Notes under the pieces: model-generated | Database searches by the model: none | The model's input: the letters and a program-made list of their open reading frames with translations, nothing else | Told to the model about the DNA's origin: nothing | Shown: positions 1 to 12,283 of the stretch, piece by piece | Numbering within the stretch: position 1 is the first letter of the stretch | Layout: each line of letters begins with the position of its first letter | Translations under genes and position numbers: made by a program | Source: Octopus vulgaris | Lineage: Eukaryota | Assembly (NCBI GenBank): GCA_951406725.2 | Contig: OX597825.1 | Span: 71,858,001-71,922,000 of the forward strand | Direction of reading: 5' to 3' | Length of the DNA stretch: 64,000 bases

Positions 1-489
1 ACACGAGACCTCAATCCATTACCGTTATCACCAACATCATCATCATCATCATTATAACCACCATCACTACTGTCACTACCGTCAGCATCATCATCACTAC
101 CATCATAACGAACATAGTTTCTACCATCATCAACCCCATTGCTACCATCAGCCTACAGCGCTATTACAATCACCGACGTGTTTCTTTTCTTGGTGTTTTA
201 GTTTTTAAAGAATTAATCTTGATTTTTAATTTTAAATATAAAATTTTAAATTAAATAATAATGATAATAATGATTAGCGAAAACTCTGCAACAACGCATT
301 TTTAAAAGGATAAAATTTTAATCACTGCTTTCAATTGTTTCTTTTGATCAAATAACGGTCCGTTAGTATCCGTCTGATACCAAATAATGGTCTGAGATAC
401 AGTTTCTCTTACGTCCACTTTAGTTACTTATTTATCTATCTATTTATTTATTTATTTGGTTATTTATTTATTTATTATTATTATTATTA

Positions 490-522
<33 letters not shown>

Positions 523-610
523 GCTTTTATTATTTCCCACAATTGAATTCTGTAACAGTTATCAATACAGGCTTTAAAATCTTTCTATTTCGCGGAAGAG
601 GATATTGTCG

Positions 611-645
<35 letters not shown>

Positions 646-670
646 AGAGAGAGAGAGATACTATATATTT

Positions 671-705
<35 letters not shown>

Positions 706-859
706 ATATTATATTATATTATATTATATAATAATATATATATTATATATACATAATATATTATATAATATATATATATATATATATTTAATACGCACTA
801 ATTGGATGGAGTACTGTTGATTGTAACAGTAATGAACAATACTCTATAATATAATATAT

Positions 860-897
<38 letters not shown>

Positions 898-1136
898 CGT
901 GCATATTCGGTTCCGTTGCATATTTCTTGTACACATTTGATTTAGGTTCAGTTCAGATCACCCTAGCGAAGACTTAAGAATTAATTAAATATATATTAGG
1001 TAATAAATAAATTAATAAATACATGAACACAAAAAAAAAAAATTAGGCCAATATTTGGAGTGATTTCTACTAGTGGAGTTCATGCCACGCTTTGAATTCT
1101 CATTTAGCTACATTTCTGGCAAAACAAAATAATAAC

Positions 1137-1187
<51 letters not shown>

Positions 1188-1252
1188 CGTTAAAATTTCC
1201 CTTCTCACTTCTTAAGAAAACGTTCCCTTTCTTTAATCATCCATCACATTAC

Positions 1253-1337
<85 letters not shown>

Positions 1338-1439
1338 AATTGATGCTACTGCTTATATTCTGATTCAAAAAATAAGCTGATTTTATAGAGAAAGAGGCAA
1401 AGTAAAATGAGAATGAAAATGGAAATGGAAATGAAATGA

Positions 1440-1570
1440 TTGAATTGTCACGTGGCTTACTTTGCATGTGACGTCAGAAATGTGGAGTGAGAAGTGAGAG
1501 AGAAAAGCCACTCCCCGCCACAACGCACAGTAGTCACTTGAAAGGGCGTGAGGAGAATAGAAGACAGGAT
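1440..1570 (+). promoter_or_regulatory. candidate upstream regulatory island
   Basis: Unique sequence between microsatellites, with CACGTG (1449-1454), TTTGCAT (1461-1467) and a perfect CRE TGACGTCA (1469-1476). Motif evidence only. Confidence 0.25.
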
Positions 1571-1643
1571 CTCGATATATATTTATACAAATATACATAT
1601 ACACAGACATACACACATACACACTCATACATACATACATACA

Positions 1644-1677
<34 letters not shown>

Positions 1678-1879
1678 CACACGCACACACATATATACAT
1701 CTATATAAACGTACATATCTATATTCATGCATATTTCATGCATGCACACATATTCGGATATGTAGACAGACTGAAAGACTGACAGAGAGAACGATAGATA
1801 GACAGACAGACAGAGGGACGGGCAGACAGGCAGACGGACAGAAAGATAGATAGACAGACAGACAGATAGACAGACAGAT

Positions 1880-1911
<32 letters not shown>

Positions 1912-1924
1912 AGATATACAGACG

Positions 1925-1989
<65 letters not shown>

Positions 1990-2418
1990 GTGAGCAGACC
2001 GGCTTAGAGGTAGATAGATATGCAGATAGATACACTATTATAGGACTGGTTAGCTCCTTAGATCGAGGGAGTGAATAGGCGAAAGACAAAGGGTGAGGGT
2101 GAGGGACTGAAAGAGAGACAAAGAGAGAGAGGGAGAGAGACTGATTGAGAGAGAAAGAGGGAGGAGGCGGAGATTAAGCAAGAAGTTTCGAGAGAATCCT
2201 CCATTTAGTATGAAGTGAAATGAAAAGAAAAAAAAGGGAAATAGAGGAGAGATAATCAGACGATAAGCAGAGAATTAAAAGAAGGAAAGGAAGAAAGAGG
2301 CGAAAGGAAAGGGAGAGAGAAAGATAGATTAAGAGAGAAGGGTATTTTATATTTTTTCGTTTTTCGATGAGTTTGTGTGTGTTTTTGTCGTTTCAAAACA
2401 GCTTCGCACACCTTTTAT

Positions 2419-3220
2419 ATGAAGGAGGTAGGGTCAGAAGCATCTTTGGGGTTCGCTCTACACCGGTTGCCTTGGTATCTAGGTAGCGGCGGCAGTAGCG
2501 GCATCAGTGGAAATATCTGTAGTATCGGCACCACTAGTGGTGGTTGCACTAGCGGTGGTGGTGGTGGTGGTGGTGGTGGTAGTAGTACTGGTAGTGGTAG
2601 TATCAGTAGAAGTAGCAGCAGCAGTGTTAGCAGCATTAGTAGTGTTAGTAGTAGTACTAGCAGCAGTAGTGATAGAAGTAGTGGTGGTAGAAGTAGTAGT
2701 AGTAGTAGCAGCAGTAGTAGTAGCAGTAACGGTAGCTGTAGTAGTTGTAGTAATAATAGTAGTAGCTGTGTTAGTGGTTGCTGTGGTAGTGGGTGTGGTG
2801 GCGGTGGTGGTGGAGGCGGCGGCGGTGGGAGCGGAAACGACAGCAGAGGCAGTATTGCAGTTAGTGGTGGTGGCAGCGGCGTCGGCGTCGGTGGTAGCTG
2901 CGGTGGTAGTGCTGGCGGTGGCAGTGGTGTTGGTGTTGGTGGTGGTGGTGGTAGTAGTGTTGGTGGCGGCGGCGGCAGCGGCGGTGGCGGTGGTGTCAAG
3001 TCAAGTGCAACTTACCATCACCACCAACAACAGCAGCAGCAGCAGCAACAACATCAACAACAAAACAATCATCGCAATCATCACCGTCATCATAATCATC
3101 ATCATCATCATCATCAACATCATCATCATCATCAACAACAACAACAACATCACTCTCATCCTTCTCAGCAGCAGCAGCAGCATCAACGACACCAACACGA
3201 TCGTCCATACCCTAATCGTC

Positions 3221-3257
<37 letters not shown>

Positions 3258-4030
3258 GCAGCAGCAGCAGCAACAACAACAACAACAGTATCATCAACGA
3301 CAACAACAACAACATCAAGAACAAACAAAACTTCAACAGCACTACCGATACCATCCGGGTCATAACCTATTTCAACAAAGCCGCCAACATCATCATCATC
3401 AGCAACAGCAGCAACAGCAGCAACAGCAGCATCATCATCAGCATCAGAGCGATACCATCGGGAGAAAACTTAAAACTCATCTTGACAACAACAACAACAA
3501 CAACAACAACAACAGCAACAACAACAACAACCGTGATCAAAGTAATTACGGAAAACTCTGCGACAGCAACAACAACAAAAACAAAAACAATCACATCTTC
3601 CTCAGTCACAACATCAATAAAATCATCAACAACAACATTAACAATAACAGCAGCAACCACAATAACAACAACAGCAACGCCACTGGTTTTATCATGATGC
3701 AGTACATGCCGTTCTGTTGCGGTCCCGGCATCAACAGCCCGTCTGCCGGCATCAGCAGTTCAAATTCCGGCTCTGCCCATTCTACAGACGCCTACCAATA
3801 CAGACAAGCTGCCGCTGCAGCGGCGGCAGCAGCGGCCGCCGCCGCTGCAGCGTCTGCTGGAACGACGGCGGCGGCGGCGCACGCCATATCCGTCCCGGGT
3901 GCCAATGTCGGTTCTCCCGCAGCGAACTTCACCATTGACAATATACTGGCCCCTAGGCCTGTCTTCCCAACTCGGCATCCTCATTACTTTATTCCGCCAC
4001 ATGTGTTTCACTTCCACCAGGATTGCATGC
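2419..4030 (+). CDS. gsc: goosecoid coding exon 1 (long form from ATG 2419; a shorter conventional-length form would start at ATG 3694)
   Basis: Open frame containing a 15-Ala tract (3808-3852) and the eh1 motif FTIDNIL (3928-3948). It ends at a consensus donor C|GTAAGT (GT 4031-4032), phase 1, and joins exon 2 in frame (C+CA=Pro). The start codon is uncertain. Confidence 0.85.
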
Positions 4031-4042
4031 GTAAGTAGCTGC

Positions 4043-4043
<1 letters not shown>

Positions 4044-4073
<30 letters not shown>

Positions 4074-4154
4074 CTTCTTCTTCTTCTTCTTCTTCTTCTT
4101 CTTCTTCTTCTTCTTCTTCTTCTTCTTCTTCTTCTTCTTCTTCTTCTTCTTCTT

Positions 4155-4183
<29 letters not shown>
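4044..4183. repeat. (CTT)n pure tract, about 46 units
   Basis: Read directly; starts 13 nt after the exon 1 donor. Confidence 0.95.
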
Positions 4184-4187
<4 letters not shown>

Positions 4188-4389
4188 GACTTTGTTGTTG
4201 TTATTATTGCTCTGTTAATTTTTAAAACATTCTCTTCACAGTTATTATTATTATTATCTTCTTCACTATAATAACCATTATCTTCTCCCTTTTTCCTCTC
4301 ACTTCTCCTTCTCTCCTTCCTCATTTTCAATATGATTTTGTAGAATTTAACACATTCTAGATCTAACTCATGTTCTCGTTGAAACTGTG

Positions 4390-4458
4390 CTATTGTTGCT
4401 GTTGATATTATTATTATTCATATTATTGTTATTGTTGTTGTTATTATTATTATTATCA

Positions 4459-4526
<68 letters not shown>

Positions 4527-4575
4527 GGTGTTATTGTTATTATTATTATTGATATTGATATTATTATTATTATTA

Positions 4576-4610
<35 letters not shown>

Positions 4611-4687
4611 GGTGTTGTTATTGTTATTATTATTATTATTATTATCATTATTATTATTGGTGTTGTTATTGTTATTATTATTATTGA

Positions 4688-4721
<34 letters not shown>

Positions 4722-4782
4722 GCTGTTGTTGATGTTGCTGTTGTTGATGTTGCTGTTGTTACTATTATTATTGTTATTATTG
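4390..4782. repeat. (TTA/TTG)n degenerate microsatellite
   Basis: Read directly; explains the poly-Leu and poly-Ile pseudo-ORFs. Confidence 0.9.
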
Positions 4783-4783
4783 T

Positions 4784-4985
4784 GGCCTCGAACCGGCAGA
4801 ATCTTTAGCGCACCGAATAGGCTGCTTAGCTACTTTTCTTCCGACTTTTACGTCCTAAGTTTAAACTCAGTCGAGGTTGACTTTGCCTATCATCTTTTCG
4901 GGATCGATAAAACGAGTACCTGTTGAGTACTAGAGTCGATATAATCGACTAACCCTCACATCTCACAATTTCAGAACTTGTGCCT
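4784..4985 (+). mobile_element. SINE family A, old diverged copy
   Basis: Matches the young copies (gaggttgactttgcctatcatcttttcgggatcgataaa). Similar old copies lie at about 6475-6680(+), 20515-20737(-), 30480-30665(+), 40908-41047(+), 58760-58935(-) and 62900-63105(-). Confidence 0.75.
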
Positions 4986-5232
4986 TTGGCTGGTTAGTTC
5001 CAAAGACATTCGATCAAGTGACAAAGGATGATTTTTACAATTCCTTTACAGGGCGATGTTATATGGAATGCACCATTGCCTGACTGAAACAAACTTGACT
5101 GATACGGAAGTGCCTTCAACGGGAGCTGTCTGAGATGTGGATAGATCGATGAAGCGTTTCTGCACGTTTTCAGTTGGCCTCCGAGAATTGTTGATTCGTG
5201 GAATTATGTTTAAGAGCGGTTAAGTCTTTCTT

Positions 5233-5304
<72 letters not shown>

Positions 5305-5382
5305 ATAGAAATGGTAAGACAACAAAAGAATGAAAAAGGCCTCGATATCCTGTAAATAGAGGAATTTATCTGTAAATATATG

Positions 5383-5545
5383 TGACAATTATTCGGTAGC
5401 CATAAAAAAACTCCGAGTTTCGGATGTCGGGGCGGAAGCCCACGCCGCCATCTCTCCAGCTATCGGGCCATCGATAGCATTTTTTTCGATGGCCCGATAA
5501 CTGAAGAGATGGCGGCGTTTTATCATGGCTACCGAATAATTGTCA
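5383..5545. repeat. nested fold-back inverted repeat with hammerhead-like remnants (Penelope-like terminus?)
   Basis: Outer 21-bp perfect arms at 5383-5403 and 5525-5545. Inner 33-bp arms at 5442-5474 and 5486-5518 (2 mismatches, 11-nt loop). Confidence 0.85.
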
Positions 5546-5567
5546 TCATATATCATATATTAATTAT

Positions 5568-5701
<134 letters not shown>

Positions 5702-5796
5702 TATAGTGCTTTAGTGGCTTTAGAGTTAATTTAACTCTTATTTTAGCATAAGCGGTGATAGTGAACACCCTTCCGTCATTTTTGTGACCTCTACTA

Positions 5797-5833
<37 letters not shown>

Positions 5834-6314
5834 TATATCTATGTGTGTGTTTTAGTATTTGTGTTTGTCCACCACCATTTCTCGACAATCGATGTTAGTT
5901 TGCCTACTTTCCCGTAATTTCGTGGTTCGGCAAAAGAGAACGATAGAATAAGAACCAGTCTTAAAAGAAATAAGTCCTGGGGTCAATTATTTGGAATGGA
6001 CCTTTCAAGGTAGTATCCTAACATGGCAATAATTGAAACAAAAGATAAAATTTGTTATTGGTTCATCCTTTCTTACTCAGTTCAGTTACCTTTGTTTTAT
6101 CTTTCCCTATATGAATATATTTTTCCCTATTATCATACATGGCAAACCCCTTTTGCTGAACATTGACTATAGTGTGTTGTCATGTGACAATTCATACGCG
6201 TGAAGTTATAAGTCACAAACTCCAAACTCCTGAACAAGTCTTACGTTTTCAAGCTGACATTTATAATCCTTTCATTACGCTTTTTTATTTTATTTTATTT
6301 GTTGTCCTACCATT

Positions 6315-6455
<141 letters not shown>

Positions 6456-6900
6456 ATTTGAGTCCGATAGAAACGACGGTGAGCTGGCAGAATTGTTGGC
6501 TCGTCGGATAAAAATTACTAACGGCGTGACAATTTTTTGGTTTTTGACTCTTTACGTTCTGAGTTCAAATTCCACCGGGATTGACTTTCCCTGTCATTCT
6601 TTCGGTGTCGATAAAATAAGTACCAGTCAAATACAGGGGTCGATGTAACCGACTAACATCCATCCTTAAAAAATGGCTGACCGTTTTTGTTGCAATGTGA
6701 AAGAAATATTATTTTGTTAATTTTTTTTTTCATTTCTATTTCATGCAGTTAATTCTATTTTCCATCGTTTTACATTCTAATTTGAGCATATCTACACAAA
6801 TGTGCCATACCAACTTTGTTGCCTCATACAAAATTTCATTTCATCTAGTTTCAGCTCACGAGCTGTGGCCATGCTAGGGCACCGCCATTCAAATGAAGAA

Positions 6901-6969
6901 TGCTTGCAGCACCTAGGTTTCCCAAGCGGTCACCCATCTAAGTACTAACTAGGCTCGATGTTGCTTAAC
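6901..6969 (-). pseudogene. 5S rRNA 3'-half fragment (retroposed, not a functional gene)
   Basis: The reverse complement GTTAAGCAACATCGAGCCTAGTTAGTACTTAGATGGGTGACCGCTTGGGAAACCTAGGTGCTGCAAGCA follows the metazoan 5S internal control region and 3' end. The 5' ~50 nt are missing. Confidence 0.85.
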
Positions 6970-7334
6970 ATTAAATTATATTAAATTTTAAATTTAAACA
7001 AATTCACATTAAATTTCGACATAATCGTAATCTACACCATCTGAAAGGTATATGTAGAACATTTCATTAAAAAATATGCATTTTTCTGAAAGTTATGAGG
7101 AAACAAAATCAAGTGGGGGACGTAGTTATGTAGCAAAACCCTAATTTATTATTTCAAATACTTAACCAGTAATTTCTTTTTATTCCTCTACATTAACCAA
7201 TTCGTTTCCTTGATATATTTCATAGCAGTATTGTCGTGGATGGAATTTCTTATAATTGCCAAAAAATTTTCTATTACTTCTATATAATTTGATCGGGTAT
7301 AGGCATATCTATTAAGCACTCTTTGCTTTCACCT

Positions 7335-7572
7335 TTTCTCTTTTACCTGTTTCAGTTATTGGACTGCGGATATGCTGGGGTACCGCCCTGAAGGGTTTAT
7401 CGAACAAATCGATCCCAGTACTATTTTTTATGTTTCATTTTAAGTCTGGTGCTTATTCTACCGATCTTTTGTTTTTTATTTTACCGAACTGCTTTATTAC
7501 AAGGGACATAAACCAACTATTCCCGGTAGTTAAGCGTGATAAAGACAAGCATAAACACTAAGACAAGCAAAA

Positions 7573-7610
<38 letters not shown>

Positions 7611-7757
7611 ACATATATATATATTCAATGGGCTTTCACAATTTTTGTCAACCAAACTAACTCCGGAGGCATTGGTGGCCCGGATCTTAGATAGAAGATA
7701 CTTGCCTAAGGTACCAAGTGGTGGTACTGAATCTGAAACCACGTGGTTGCAAAGCGA
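7335..7757 (-). mobile_element. SINE family B, diverged copy
   Basis: Reverse match to the 26720 copy, with an internal (CA)n tract. Confidence 0.75.
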
Positions 7758-8350
7758 TACTTTCACTTTCGTTATGTTTTTTATTTATGACTTTTAGAGT
7801 TTTTCGCAAATCCTGTCATAATCTGCCTTCCCTCTAATTACTCATAAATAGGCCTCTGGATATAGTCACTATTTTTCTCTTCGAGTGAACGAGGGGAAAG
7901 ACAACATGTTACTTATGGGATGCTATATATTGCAACAACCTTTCTAGTGTCAGCTTAATCACTTCAGAAAAGAACTCTGTAATGGCTGTTATTTTCCGCA
8001 GTAACACACTTACCATCAGATTAAATGAAATAAATAGTTCAATAGAGTGCGTGATGTTTTCTTTTTTTTACATGTTCGTGTATTGCATAAAGTATGTATT
8101 TTGTTATACATCTAATTTAAAGATAAGAAAAGCAGACAGGATATTATCTTTCTTTTTAATTTTTAGACATTTTAAAATAATTCAATAAGTTCTTCCTGGT
8201 TGTTTCCTCGTCAACTATCGTTCTGTTGCTTTTAACTTTGTTCACCACACTGATATGTACATGAATTTATCTTTGGAGATCATAAATGCTTTTTACTTAT
8301 ACACGCGCGCGCGCACACACACATGTATGTCTGTATGTATATGCGTGTGT

Positions 8351-8408
<58 letters not shown>

Positions 8409-8449
8409 ACGTACGTGTATGTGTATGCATGTGTGTACTTTCATTTGTA

Positions 8450-8970
8450 TGCATTTTCATTAATTCCTAAATATTTGTCTCTCATAGGCCTAATTCTGCC
8501 TCCACATTCGCTCTATTAAATCTAAGTATGATATTATTCAGTATTATTGGTTTCCTTTGTTCAAGGCGAACTTAGCGAATTTTTCCAACCCAACTTCCGT
8601 GCCAATTCCACTACTGAATCCATGTACAGTACGATACAGGGTTACCAGTTGTTTACCATCTGCGGTGAACCACTTGGGGGGGTCATCTAAATAAAGAAGA
8701 CAGTTGATTTTACTTGTGTCTATATCCAGTCTAATATATCATGTTTGCTGATAGCATTAGCATCAGGCAGAAGAAAAGTAAAGTGAAGTCAGAAGTCACA
8801 AATTTGCCCCTCTTTTAAATATGGGATTGTTTTAGCTATTCAAAAGCAACAACACTATTTTAAGGGTATGATAGGCGGGTGATGCTTAATTTTTAGTTGA
8901 TAACTATTTGCAGCAATTTTAGTTCTATATGTTCTCAACTGACACCCATGTCCAAAGTATGAACCTTGAT
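8450..8970 (-). mobile_element. heavily decayed non-LTR reverse transcriptase remnant (R4/Dong-like)
   Basis: Minus-strand fragments read FSSGIGTEVGLEKFAKFALNKG, KYLGINEN and LLFFCL, resembling RT motifs FSxDIGMEFGLEKC, KYLGI and SPLLFCL. Many frameshifts. Confidence 0.5.
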
Positions 8971-9379
8971 CCATCCATCTTCACTGCTATTCCTGAGAGG
9001 GTCGTTGGGGTAGCATCCTGAAGCACTTCCTCTATGCAGTCCTAACTGAAGCTACTGTGATGAAACTTGGATTCCCAAGTGTAATATTATCCAACCATCT
9101 CGATCTGGCAGGAGACCCTAACCCCTAGGTCTCTTGCCAGTTGTATTGGCTTGAAGAATTCATCTTTTCGCAGGCCAAATAGAAATACAAGCTTGGTGCT
9201 TTGTGTGAATAAGACCACCAAACCTTTCAATATAAACGAGTATGAACGTTCTGACTTCGTATTTCCGTTCCTCTAAATGTCCATGTATATATAACAACTG
9301 TTTTATTTTCAATATTCCTCAAGAATACAAAGTATCTAATTTGCTTGAATTTGTCTTCTGTTTCTGGTGATGACAATTA

Positions 9380-9612
9380 TCTATTTTTTTACTACCCACA
9401 AGGGGCTACACACAGAGGGGACAAACAAGGACAGACAAACGGATTAAGTCGATTATATCGACCCAGTGCGTAACTGGTACTTATTTAATAGACCCCGAAA
9501 GGGTGAAAGGCAAAGTCAACCTTCGGCGAAATTTGAACTCAGAACGTAGCGGCAGACGAAATACCGCTAAGCATTTCGCCCGGCGTGCTAACGTTTCTGC
9601 CAGCTCGCCGCC
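9380..9612 (-). mobile_element. SINE family A, young full-length copy
   Basis: Reverse complement of the 13414 copy at high identity. Confidence 0.92.
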
Positions 9613-10255
9613 TTTAGTTGTTCTTTGACACATTTTCTGTTACACAGAATCTCTGGTCAGTGTGTGAATCTTTGCTTGAACCCTTCCAGAATCGAAGAAT
9701 CGATGCCGTTGTTTTCTATCAAACTTTTTGTGTCAAGTTTCGTTTATGTCTCACTGAGAGATGCCAGTAATAACCTTTGTAAGCTGCAGAAAATACATGA
9801 GCAACGAGGGGAATTCCAGAAAGCCGACGGTCTGCGAAGAAAAGGCTGGAGATAGTGCTTAGTAACGGGGTTGTTGGAGAGGATTAATCTATTATACCTT
9901 GCCATTCAAAAGAAGGACCTAACAATCCACCAACAAGCCCTACGAGGGCATAGGGATGTCATAAGTAGCAGTCGGGTCGCTCTCAAATCTCACCCTTCCG
10001 ATTTGAGACACTGAACAATGACGTGTGTGTGTGTGTCTTTGTGTGTACACAGACAGACACACACACACACATATATGGGTTCTGAATAGTTTCCACCCAT
10101 TAAATTCTCCTCACAAAAAACTTTTCAGAACAAGGCCACTGTAGGTGTTACTTACCCAGTTTTCTTCGAAGTGGATTCGCACCCAGAACCACGTAGCGAC
10201 CACCTTAACCACACGACTACGTCTGCACCTACACACACACACACACATAGACACA

Positions 10256-10308
<53 letters not shown>

Positions 10309-10552
10309 ACACACACACACACATCACGTGGTATCAGTCACGAGTGTTGCTAGACGGCTTCTATGATTTCACCGAATCAGTTTCGCTTTCCGCTACGCAT
10401 AATACCATTTGCACTCACTAATGCATGCAGGAACGTTTCTTATTTCCTTTCATCGTTAGTTAGCTATTTCCTTTCTCCAAATACCATGTTAAATTTCATA
10501 ACTTAGTCAAAAAAAAAAAAAACAGAAACAACTACAAGAAAAATTTGTAACC

Positions 10553-10598
<46 letters not shown>

Positions 10599-10833
10599 GT
10601 TTGACTTTTGCTTTATATTTGTACAAGTTGGCTCCAAGTCTCACCCAGAGACCTCAAGAGACAACAGGTTGGAAGTTCATGTTGTTGTTATGCCGAGTGT
10701 GCCATATATTTGGGTTTTTTTTTTGGTATTGTACTAGTGAATGTCCAAAAAAAAAAAAACGAAAATTATATTTGTTTTAAACCCTGAGATTACATAGAAA
10801 GTATTTTGTGTAGGATATGAGCAGTTCCCATGG

Positions 10834-10891
<58 letters not shown>

Positions 10892-10974
10892 TATCATTAT
10901 TATCATCAAGGTGGCAAGCTGGTAGAATTGTTAGCATGCCAAACAAAATGCCATCCTTTAATCGGACAGGCAAA

Positions 10975-11460
10975 GCAGTTTTCTTTTGTCTGGCGAGAGA
11001 GGTTGTTTGATGGACAAGGCTGAAAGACATGAGGACAGATACATCACTCTTTGGTAGAGCTCTCATTGACTTCTTCAAGTTTCACTTGAAAAGGAAACTG
11101 AGTGGAGAGGTCAGTGCTGTCCGCGAGTGAGTTTATTGAAAGGTGGGTGAAAGTTGCGAAAAGGGCAAGAGTGGACGGTAGTTCTTTAAGTGCAGACCTG
11201 TGAGTCGGAAAGAAGGAACTGGAGAGGACACTTGCTCTTGGGGTTTTAGGGAAATCTCGGATAGCGGGGTTCCTCGATTATTCCTAGAGGCCTTCCTGTA
11301 TCAAGAGGGCCACATCTCTATCAACTTACCCGCCACTTTTTTTTTAACATTTATATGATTGTATATGTCCCTTCTTTTTCAGTGTATACCGTATAAACAT
11401 TTTTATAGTCATTTCATTATATGTAAACCCCTCATCCTTCACCCTTGTGGCAAATAAATG
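10975..11460 (+). mobile_element. 3' end of an L1/Tx1-like LINE (ORF2 C-terminus plus 3' UTR)
   Basis: Frameshifted reading AREVV*WTRLK..ALIDFFKFHLKRKL..SEFIERWVKVAKRARVDGSSLSADL* followed by AATAAA. Clade assignment is from recalled similarity. Confidence 0.45.
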
Positions 11461-11465
11461 AAACC

Positions 11466-11834
11466 ATTTCTTCTTTTTCTTCTTCTTCCAATTCTTCATC
11501 TTCTTCTTCTTCTTCTTCTTCTTCTTCTTCTTCTTCTTCTTCTTCTTCTTCTTCTTCTTCTTCTTCTTCTTCTTCTTCTTCTTCCAATTCTTCTTCTTCT
11601 TCTTCCAATTCTTCTTCTTCTTCTTCTTTTTCTTCTTCTTCCAATTCTTCATCTTCTTCTTCGTCTTCTTCTTCTTCTTCATCTTCATCTTCTTCATCTT
11701 CTTCTTCTTCTTCTTCTTCTTCTTCTTCTTCTTCTTCTTCTTCTTCTTCTTCTTCTTCTTCTTCCAATTCTTCTTCTTCTTTTTCTTCTTCGTCCTTCTT
11801 TTTCTTACTATTATTATTATTACTATTATTATTA

Positions 11835-11878
<44 letters not shown>

Positions 11879-11894
11879 GTTGTTGTTGTTGTTG

Positions 11895-11950
<56 letters not shown>
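11466..11950. repeat. (CTT)n with periodic CCAATT interruptions, followed by (TTA)n
   Basis: Read directly; explains the poly-E, poly-K and poly-S pseudo-ORFs. Confidence 0.95.
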
Positions 11951-11951
<1 letters not shown>

Positions 11952-12144
11952 GTGTGCGTGTGTGTATGTGTGTAGATTTTGAGGTAATAACTTATAATCC
12001 AGGTTATCACCTCGTTAGCACTTCATGTAAGAACCTGGTTAGCATAATATTCAGTTAACAGAAATTTTCTCTCGGTCAGCTAGCAAATATCCTTTTGATA
12101 TTTCAAAAACGCTAAGAAATTCGCTCATGGTTGATTATCTACAT

Positions 12145-12238
12145 CAGTGGTTCTCAAACTTCATCGGACTGCCGCCCCCTTGGCTCCCAGGTCACATTGC
12201 GAGCGTTCCCCTCACCACACACATACACACACAGAGAT

Positions 12239-12283
<45 letters not shown>

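Noticed and set aside
2415-3697. Overlapping alternative-frame and antisense ORFs (396 aa, 194 aa and others)
   Set aside because: By-products of the triplet repeats; they do not connect to the eh1/homeodomain frame.
4031-4038. Single-exon 553-aa protein ending CMRK*
   Set aside because: The stop lies just inside intron 1; splicing at 4030 continues the frame into the homeobox.
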